This document shows, one piece after another, positions 1 to 5,159 of a stretch of 5,926 nt of DNA. The position numbers were made by a program, and so were the translations under genes. Origin of the DNA: Prasinococcaceae sp. CCMP 1430 (lineage: Eukaryota > Plantae > Prasinodermophyta); contig RQSC01001174.1 of NCBI GenBank assembly GCA_013416795.1, forward strand, positions 1 through 5,926. Reading direction: 5' to 3'. Positions within the stretch are counted from its first letter, which is position 1. Every line of letters begins with the position of its first letter. The notes under the pieces are model-generated. The model saw only the letters and a list, made by a program, of their open reading frames with translations, was not told the origin of the DNA and searched no databases.

Positions 1-46
1 CGCGCCGGTCGGTGCGCATCGCAGACCGCGCGCGCGCGGCCGCGCG

Positions 47-149
47 CCCTGACCCCGGTCTCGCCGCAAAATGCCGCTTGATGACCCTGATCGTCCTCGC
101 GCATCCCAGGAATATCCCCGGTCATGCCGCGATCAGACCGGGGTCAGGG
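47..149. repeat. Perfect 15-bp inverted repeat with 73-bp spacer
   Basis: CCCTGACCCCGGTCT (47-61) is the exact reverse complement of AGACCGGGGTCAGGG (135-149). The spacer has further complementary pieces: ATGACC 81-86 / GGTCAT 120-125 and CTGATCG 87-93 / CGATCAG 130-136. Function unknown. Confidence 0.85.
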
Positions 150-543
150 GGTCTGCCCCGCGCGGCGCGTCTTTTTCGGCACCGGCGCGGGGGGGGGGCG
201 GGAATTTATTTTTAGATTTATGAGTTTTTTTGGTCTTTTCCATAGAGTAAATGACGCAGCGGGCGGAAGCGCGATCGGCGCGCGCGCGCGCCCCGTTGCG
301 GACATCAAAACGCACTCACTTTTTTCTTGTCTTTTTTTTTCTCTGCGGGTCTGCGGGCGGGCGTGGGCACACCGCGCGCGCTCGGCGCGGGCGCGCCCTG
401 CTCCTCCCCTCCCTCCCCTCCCCCCTCCGGAGGCGCCCCCCCCGCTCGGCGGGAGCGCCCGGAGCGGCGTCGGCGATGCCGCGGCGCCCGGGAGCCACCG
501 TCGCGCAACAAGCACGGCATCGAAGCAACCTTCCTCACGCGCG

Positions 544-1278
544 ATGACCGCCGCATCGTTCGTGGCAAGCGTGGCCAGCTGTGTGTGGCTGCTTGTGTCA
601 CACGGCCGCGCGCGGCGCGCGAAACGCGCGGCAGCATCGGCACGGGCACGTGCCGCCGAGGCCACGCGCGCACTTGAGGAAGCGCGCGCCACGCTGGCGG
701 CGCGGGAGGCCGATGTGGCTGCGCTTCGTGCGCAGGCTCGTGAGATGCGCGCGCGCGCACAGGCTAACGAAGACGCCGTGCGCCGCGCGCAGGCACGCTC
801 CTCCGACATGGAATCCTGGCGCAAGGAGCTTGAAACTCTACGCAAGGAGGCCGAGCGCATGCAGGGCACCATCCAACGCGTGCGCTCGCGCTCGCCGATG
901 GGCCGCACACGCGCTGCTCGCGCCACTGGCAGCACCAACAAGGAGAACTCGATGCCGGCGGCGCACACACTCGACGCCCGCGCTCCGCGCTTCGACCCGC
1001 TGAGCGAGAGCAGCAACACTGCAGCCCCCGCTCGCACAAGCGGCATCGGGCGTGGTGCGCGCGGCAGCACGAAGAGGAGCCCCGCCAAGAAGCGCACGAC
1101 GCCCCAGAGCTCCTCTCGAAGTGACGGACAGTCGCAGCAACAGCTGTATGCAGTCGGTAGCCCCTCTTCGCTGCAGTCCTCTGGCACACCTGCGCCCATG
1201 GTCACGCCCCCGACGTCGGAAGCGCGCGTAGATGCGGGCACGCCGGTCGCGACCCCACCAGTGCCAAACGTGCACTAG
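544..1278 (+). CDS. Hypothetical protein (244 aa): N-terminal hydrophobic segment, coiled coil, Ser/Pro/Thr-rich disordered tail with a KEN box
   Basis: ATG at 544 (gcgATGacc) to TAG at 1276-1278 within the 124..1278 ORF. MTAASFVASVASCVWLLVSHG is hydrophobic, followed by a helical A/E/R-rich coiled coil (AEATRALEEARATLAAREADVAALRAQAREMR...WRKELETLRKEAERMQ). The upstream part of the long ORF crosses poly-T/poly-C tracts and looks non-coding. No family recognised; start uncertain. Confidence 0.6.
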   Translation: MTAASFVASVASCVWLLVSHGRARRAKRAAASARARAAEATRALEEARATLAAREADVAALRAQAREMRARAQANEDAVRRAQARSSDMESWRKELETLRKEAERMQGTIQRVRSRSPMGRTRAARATGSTNKENSMPAAHTLDARAPRFDPLSESSNTAAPARTSGIGRGARGSTKRSPAKKRTTPQSSSRSDGQSQQQLYAVGSPSSLQSSGTPAPMVTPPTSEARVDAGTPVATPPVPNVH

Positions 1279-1539
1279 ACGGGGACAATGGACCCGTCGT
1301 TCAGGAGATGGGCTAGTATATATTTGCGCCTGCAGAGTACGAACGAACAACAATCGCACCTGGGCGGCGGAGTAGCACGGTGATGTGGTGTGCCTCGACC
1401 GCAATGTCAGGGGTGGCGGACGGATAGGCGATTCTGGATGGGGCAGAGCAAGGGCGCGCGCTCTGAGGCGCGTCAGGGGAGAGGGGAGCACACGTAAGAG
1501 TGGTGTGAGCGGTCTGTCTTATACCGATCAGCTTGGCGA

Positions 1540-1561
1540 GTGTGTGTGTGCGCGCGCGCGC
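1540..1561. repeat. Compound (GT)5-(GC)6 alternating purine-pyrimidine tract
   Basis: GTGTGTGTGTGCGCGCGCGCGC read directly; 22 nt of perfect R/Y alternation. Confidence 0.85.
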
Positions 1562-1636
1562 CCCGCGTGTCCCTCTCTGTGTGCGTACACGCTCGCTCGA
1601 AGTCATTCGTGTGCATGGACTCGAGTGCGGCCGGCT

Positions 1637-1749
1637 TACAGTACAGTAGACTAGCTAGCTAGCTAGCTCTAGCTAGAGAGAGACTAGCTAGTCCTGCTGT
1701 AGCCTAGCTAGAGTACAGTGCCATCATAGTACTACTGGACTGTACTGTA
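1637..1749. mobile_element. Putative Tc1/mariner/pogo-type MITE or its relic, filled with CTAG microsatellite
   Basis: TACAGTACAGT (1637-1647) and ACTGTACTGTA (1739-1749) are perfect 11-bp inverted repeats, parsable as TA|CAGTACAGT...ACTGTACTG|TA. The interior holds 10 CTAG copies (1651-1711). The sequence is low-complexity, so a chance match is possible. Confidence 0.35.
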
Positions 1750-1910
1750 CATGTTAGGGTTATCGAGATTAAGATATGTGAGTACCAGGGTTTACTAATA
1801 GCAAATTCAATATTCACGTCTCATTCGCCCTCCTTCGCACGCTCGTGTCGAAACGCAGGCGGCACGCGGCGCTGCGGCCGCCGAGGCGGCGGCAGCGCCC
1901 GCCGCCGCGG

Positions 1911-1911
1911 N
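1911..1911. other. Single N, probable assembly gap or contig join
   Basis: This is the only ambiguous base in the window. TM9SF similarity begins immediately after it; the sequence before it in the same frame is Ala-rich and unrelated to TM9SF. Confidence 0.75.
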
Positions 1912-1912
1912 G

Positions 1913-2422
1913 GCGCCGGCGTCGGAGGACCCCGTGCGCACCAAGATGATCCCTCGCCTCATCCCCGAGCAGGCCTGGTACATGCACCCGGCGCTCTCCG
2001 TCCTGATCGGCGGCGTGCTGCCCTTCGGCGCCGTCTTCATCGAGCTCTTCTTCATCCTCACGTCGATCTGGCTCCACCAGTTCTTCTACGCGTTCGGCTT
2101 CGTCCTCCTGGTGGGCATCATCCTCGCCATCACGTGCGCGGAGATCTCGGTGGTGCTGTGCTACTTCCAGCTGTGCGCGGAGGACTACAACTGGTGGTGG
2201 AGGAGCTTCTTCACGAGCGGCTCCTCGGCGCTCTACCTGTTCCTGTACTCCATCTTCTACTACTACACCAAGCTGGACATCTCGAAGACGCCCAGCGGCA
2301 TCCTGTACTTCGGCTACATGGGCGTGGTGAGCATCCTGTTCTTCGTGGTGACGGGCACCATCGGCTTCTACGCGTGCTACGCCTTCGTGCGCCGCATCTA
2401 CGGCGCCCTCAAGATCGACTAG
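1913..2422 (+). CDS. TM9SF4: Transmembrane 9 superfamily protein (nonaspanin/EMP70/TMN, TM9SF2/4 group), 3' part only
   Basis: The frame extends upstream of the GTG at 1934 (APASEDPVRTKMIPRLIPEQAWYMHP). It contains the family motifs GGVLPFGAVFIELFFILTSIW, YFQLCAEDYNWWWRSF and GTIGFYA, and ends in the C-terminal KID* (KxD/E COPI/Golgi-retention motif). Codon usage is strongly GC3. The luminal domain and first TM helices are missing. Confidence 0.96.
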   Translation, partial: APASEDPVRTKMIPRLIPEQAWYMHPALSVLIGGVLPFGAVFIELFFILTSIWLHQFFYAFGFVLLVGIILAITCAEISVVLCYFQLCAEDYNWWWRSFFTSGSSALYLFLYSIFYYYTKLDISKTPSGILYFGYMGVVSILFFVVTGTIGFYACYAFVRRIYGALKID

Positions 2423-2468
2423 CGAGGCGCTCCAGCGAGCGAGGCCGCCGCCCGGCAGCTCGCGCCAT

Positions 2469-2473
2469 TGTAA
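2469..2473 (+). terminator. TGTAA green-algal polyadenylation signal of the TM9SF gene
   Basis: TGTAA lies about 47 nt after the TAG at 2420-2422. UGUAA is the established near-upstream poly(A) element of chlorophytes. Confidence 0.6.
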
Positions 2474-2654
2474 TCAGCCCCCCGACGGCACGGACCTCGA
2501 CCGATGGCGCGCGCGCGCGTCGCTCGCGAGCGCGCCCCCGCCTTCGCCGCGGGCGCGGCGGGCGAGGAGCGCGCGCCACTTGCTCGTGGGGTGTTTTAGC
2601 AAAAATGTGTCTTTCCTCCTAAGTTTACTGGTACACGCCCGCGCCGCCGGCCCG

Positions 2655-4364
2655 TCAGAACGCCACGATGTCGCCGGTCTTGTCGGCCTGCGCGCTGCCG
2701 AAGGCGTCGTCGAAGGCGCTGAAGGCGTCGGACGCCGCCGCCTGCTGCTGCGCGCCCCCGCCCGCAGGCGCGGGCGGAGGCGGGGCGTCGATGGCGCCGA
2801 AGGCGTCGTCGTCGAGGGGCGCGCCCGGGTCGCCGAACGACGAGGAGACTGCCAGCGGCCTGCCAGCGCCGAAGGACGCGGGGCCGGACGACGTGGGGGG
2901 CGCATCGGCGGAGGAGGCGTTCGAGGGCGGCGGCTGCTCGCCGCCGTCTCCCGAGGAGGCGCCCGAGCTCCACGGCGCCCCCGCGCTCGTCGGCGGCGCG
3001 GCGCCGAGCCTCCCGAACGAATCGCCCAACGACAGGGACGCGAAGGCGTCGACGTCGACGCCATGTGGGGGGGAGGGGTTGGGGGGCGCGGCACCCAGCT
3101 CGGCGCCGGCAGCCGGGGGCGCCGCCGCGGGGGGCCGGGCGCCCGCGCTTGGTGCCGCGCCGGCCCCCGCTGCCGAGAGCTTCAGCGAGAAGGCCGGGCT
3201 GTCGAACAGGGGGTGCTGCGGGCGCGGCACCTGGGCGAGCCTGCCCAGGCCGAGCATGTTGTGCAGCTCGTCCAGCTGGGCGGCGAGCGCCCGGATGCGC
3301 GCGCCGACCGCCTCGGCGCCCCCTCCTCCGTTCGCGGCGGCGGCTGCGCCCTTGGCGTCCGCCCTGAGCGCCTCGAGCTCCCTCTCCGCCGCCGCGACGC
3401 CGGCGTCTCCCGCGGCGACGGCGGCCGCCGAGGAAGGGGGAGGCGCGTCGTTTTGGGGGGCGAGGTCGGTCGTCGGGGCGTCGGTGAAGGCGTCGGCGGG
3501 CGCCGGCGGGCGCGCCTGCCGCTCTTGCTCTTGCTCTTGCTCTTGCTCTTGCTGCTGCTGCTTTGGCGCCTCGCCGCCTCCGAAGTCCGCCCCGAACGTC
3601 GCCGGGGGTGGGCTGGAAGAGGGGGCGCCGAAGCCGACGCCGTCGCCCGAGAGTGTCGTCGTCGTCTCTTTTCTGGAGTGCGGGTCGAACGCGGCGTCGC
3701 GGGCCGCCTCCTGGCCGAACGCGAAGCCCCCCGAAGGTCGCGGCGGCCGCGGGGCCGCACCCCCCTGCGGCGCCCCGGCGGCCGCGGCGGCGGCGGCGCC
3801 GGGCTCCGCGAGCGACGCGGGCAGCGACGCGGGGAGCTCGCGGCCTCGCTTGGCGCCCTCGAGCAAGCACAGAGCGACGCACACCCCGTGCTCGTCGAGG
3901 TATCCGTCCGCATCGCCGTCGGCGAGGTCCCAGACCTGGCGGTTGACGGTCTGCGGGAGGCCCCAGCGGGTCATGATCGGCACCATCTCCGCGCCGCTCA
4001 CCCTCCCGTCGCCGTCGTCGTCGAGGCTGGCGAAGAGCGCGGAGTACTGCTCCATCTGCTCCGCGCGCAGCGCCCATTCGGTCTCGGAGCGCAGCGGCGG
4101 CACCTCCACGCCCTCGAGCGTCGGCGCGGGGGCCTCCACCGACTCCGCAATGACGGGGCGGGCCATCGGCGCGGTGAGCGCCACCCCCTTCAGGCTCTGC
4201 GCCAGCCCGATCAGCCGCAGCGCGGCGTAGAACTGCCGGGGCGTGAGGAAGCCCACCTCGTCCTCGTCCGCGAACGTCCACACCGACGCGAGCGCCTGCT
4301 GGGACAGGCCGCTGCGGCGCAGGAACGCCACCGCCTCGCCGCCGCTCACCCTGCCGTCGCCATC
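2655..4364 (-). CDS. EH-domain endocytic adaptor (AtEH/Pan1-, Eps15/Ede1-like), exon 2; full CDS complement(join(2655..4364,4556..4606)), 586 aa
   Basis: The exon starts after a ...CCGTAG acceptor with DGDGRVSGGEAVAFLRRSGLSQQALASVWTFAD...FYAALRLIGLAQ (EH1). EH2 follows: YSALFASLDDDGDGRVSGAEMVPIMTRWGLPQTVNRQVWDLADGDADGYL...CVALCLLE...GRELPASLP. Then a short coiled coil and a disordered tail with DAF/FxDxF motifs; TGA at 2655-2657. Both domains resemble the EH domains of Arabidopsis AtEH1/AtEH2 as I recall them. Confidence 0.9.
   Translation of the reverse strand, partial: DGDGRVSGGEAVAFLRRSGLSQQALASVWTFADEDEVGFLTPRQFYAALRLIGLAQSLKGVALTAPMARPVIAESVEAPAPTLEGVEVPPLRSETEWALRAEQMEQYSALFASLDDDGDGRVSGAEMVPIMTRWGLPQTVNRQVWDLADGDADGYLDEHGVCVALCLLEGAKRGRELPASLPASLAEPGAAAAAAAGAPQGGAAPRPPRPSGGFAFGQEAARDAAFDPHSRKETTTTLSGDGVGFGAPSSSPPPATFGADFGGGEAPKQQQQEQEQEQEQERQARPPAPADAFTDAPTTDLAPQNDAPPPSSAAAVAAGDAGVAAAERELEALRADAKGAAAAANGGGGAEAVGARIRALAAQLDELHNMLGLGRLAQVPRPQHPLFDSPAFSLKLSAAGAGAAPSAGARPPAAAPPAAGAELGAAPPNPSPPHGVDVDAFASLSLGDSFGRLGAAPPTSAGAPWSSGASSGDGGEQPPPSNASSADAPPTSSGPASFGAGRPLAVSSSFGDPGAPLDDDAFGAIDAPPPPAPAGGGAQQQAAASDAFSAFDDAFGSAQADKTGDIVAF
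3521..3560 (-). repeat. (GCTCTT)5 plus (GCT)n coding microsatellite encoding QQQQEQEQEQEQE
   Basis: Five exact GCTCTT units at 3521-3550 followed by GCT units, in frame in the EH gene. Confidence 0.9.
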
Positions 4365-4555
4365 CTACGGCAGATCGGAGGCGGTGCGTGCGTTGTTGTT
4401 GTTGGTTGTTGTTGTTGTTGGGGGAGGGGGGGTCAGCGCGGCGGCAAAAGAGGAGCGGCCGCGCGCGGCGCTGCCGCACACCCGCCGCACGATGCGAGAG
4501 GGGAGCGAAAAAGGCGGGGGGGGGGTGGGGGGGGCGCGCCCGCGCGCGCGCGCAC
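4365..4555 (-). other. 191-nt phase-0 GT-AG spliceosomal intron of the EH gene
   Basis: Donor GCG|GTGCGC at 4555, branch-like GCTGAC at 4437-4432, acceptor CCGTAG| at 4365, and no AG between branch and acceptor. Removal fuses FRLADA to DGDGRVSG and restores the EF-hand loop; if retained, exon 2 is preceded by an in-frame TAG. Confidence 0.9.
4392..4420. repeat. (GTT)n / (CAA)n microsatellite inside the EH intron
   Basis: gttgttgttgttggttgttgttgttgttg read directly, with one interruption. Confidence 0.9.
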
Positions 4556-4606
4556 CGCGTCCGCCAGCCGGAAGAGGCCCTCCCAGGGGTGCGAAGACGA
4601 CGCCAT
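4556..4606 (-). CDS. EH-domain protein exon 1 (MASSSHPWEGLFRLADA)
   Basis: ATG at 4606-4604 in gcgATGg context; 17 codons ending at a GT donor. Supplies the first EH helix (FxxAD). Confidence 0.88.
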
Positions 4607-5017
4607 CGCCCTTGACGCCGCAACCCCCGCGCGCGCCCCCGCGCCCGCGCGCGCAAAGGCGCGCAGCGCAACACCCGCAGGGGGGCGGCACGCGCGCCCG
4701 CGCGCAGTCTGGCGCCCGCCGCGCGAAGAGCAAAGTTGCCCCTGCTGCAGCTGGGTGTGGCTGCACTGCCCCCTATCGGACTCTCGGTGAACCCTGTTCG
4801 TCCGCCGGTCATATCCGGGAGATGCGCGGACAGACCCGGGTATGCGCGCGGTGCGAGCCCTCCGAAGCTTGGCGTGATGACCGTGCCGCCCGCCGCGGAT
4901 TGACTTACGGTAGAATGGAGGGTTCGGCGGAAAGATTCCATGCATTTTGACGTAATGAGTGGGTATGAACATATGCTCAAGAGTTTCGCAACCGTAACCC
5001 TACGGCACTCGTTCGAA

Positions 5018-5029
5018 TAGTCTAGTCGG
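5018..5029 (+). promoter_or_regulatory. Pol III internal A-box
   Basis: TAGTCTAGTCGG matches TRGYNNANNNGG and lies wholly in exon 1. Confidence 0.8.
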
Positions 5030-5033
5030 TTAT

Positions 5034-5071
5034 TCGGTTGCCTCCTGCTAAACGGGGGGAACTGCGGCCAC
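5034..5071 (+). other. Non-canonical tRNA intron at position 22/23 with a BHB-like splice motif
   Basis: TCGGTTGCCTCCTGCTAAACGGGGGGAACTGCGGCCAC folds into a hairpin (CGGTT 5035-5039 / AACTG 5060-5064; CCTCCTG 5041-5047 / CGGGGGG 5053-5059). A 4-bp helix GGTT 5028-5031 / GGCC 5066-5069 lies exactly 2 nt 5' of each inferred cut. Confidence 0.82.
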
Positions 5072-5081
5072 GACGTCAGTT

Positions 5082-5086
5082 TTACA
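5082..5086 (-). terminator. Candidate TGTAA poly(A) signal of CWC27, overlapping the tRNA anticodon loop
   Basis: TTACA on + (TGTAA on -) about 74 nt past the CWC27 stop. It is the only such pentamer between the CWC27 stop and the EH start codon. Confidence 0.45.
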
Positions 5087-5101
5087 CACTGAAGGCCCCG
5101 G

Positions 5102-5110
5102 GATCGAGAC
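5102..5110 (+). promoter_or_regulatory. Pol III internal B-box (A54 variant)
   Basis: GATCGAGAC matches GWTCRANNC. Confidence 0.75.
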
Positions 5111-5122
5111 CCGGTTCGAACA

Positions 5123-5137
5123 TTTTCATTTTTTTTT
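5123..5137 (+). terminator. RNA polymerase III oligo-T terminator
   Basis: T4 (5123-5126) directly after the discriminator, then T9 (5129-5137). Confidence 0.85.
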
Positions 5138-5159
5138 ACGCGCGCATTTCGGGGTCCTG

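Larger units (their letters stand above)
5011..5122 (+). tRNA. trnV-UAC: tRNA-Val(UAC) interrupted by a 38-nt non-canonical D-arm intron (exons 5011-5033 and 5072-5122; 74-nt mature body)
   Basis: Acceptor stem GTTCGAA 5011-5017 / TTCGAAC 5115-5121 (7/7 pairs), discriminator A5122. Anticodon stem TCAGT 5076-5080 / ACTGA 5088-5092 (5/5), loop TT-TAC-AC. Variable loop AGGCC. T-stem CCGGG 5098-5102 / CCCGG 5110-5114 (5/5). D-stem GTC 5020-5022 / GAC 5072-5074, with conserved U8, A14, G18, G19, A21. Val identity elements A35, C36, C38, A73 are present. A-box, B-box and an oligo-T terminator are present. Confidence 0.92.

Noticed and set aside
124-543. N-terminal extension of the 384-aa ORF and antisense ORFs 144..1241 and 838..1491
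   Set aside because: The extension crosses poly-G, poly-T and poly-C tracts typical of promoter or UTR sequence. The antisense ORFs mirror ORF 544-1278. An extra upstream exon cannot be excluded.
1651-1711. CRISPR-like or prokaryotic repeat array
   Set aside because: A simple 4-bp microsatellite with no repeat-spacer structure, in a eukaryotic context.
1753-1795. TTAGGG and AGGGTTTA as telomeric repeats
   Set aside because: Two isolated, non-tandem units; not an array.
1934-1936. GTG as the start of a 162-aa TM9SF protein
   Set aside because: Homology continues upstream (PASEDPV) to the N; this is an internal Val codon.
3170-3231. Possible small intron in the EH gene (CAG|GTGCCG ... GGCAG)
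   Set aside because: The frame stays open, codon usage looks coding, and there is no branch motif.
4347-4349. GTG start for the EH protein as given in the ORF track
   Set aside because: It would truncate the first EF-hand; splicing to the ATG exon at 4556-4606 restores it.
4515-4535. G-runs (also 187-203, and C-runs at 401-428) as G-quadruplexes
   Set aside because: Expected at this GC content, homopolymer lengths are error-prone, and nothing supports a function.
4874-4960. Box C (GTGATGA) suggesting a C/D snoRNA upstream of the tRNA; also TGATGA/CTGA at 79-90
   Set aside because: The first has no CTGA box D or terminal stem at a suitable distance; in the second the boxes are only 2 nt apart.
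5011-5122. Reading the tRNA as initiator Met, as Sec or another long-variable-arm tRNA, as permuted, or as minus-strand
   Set aside because: The anticodon is TAC with a 5-nt variable loop, the halves are in normal order, and the extra 38 nt lie 5' of the anticodon arm. The minus strand gives a non-consensus T-loop and lacks promoter boxes and a terminator.
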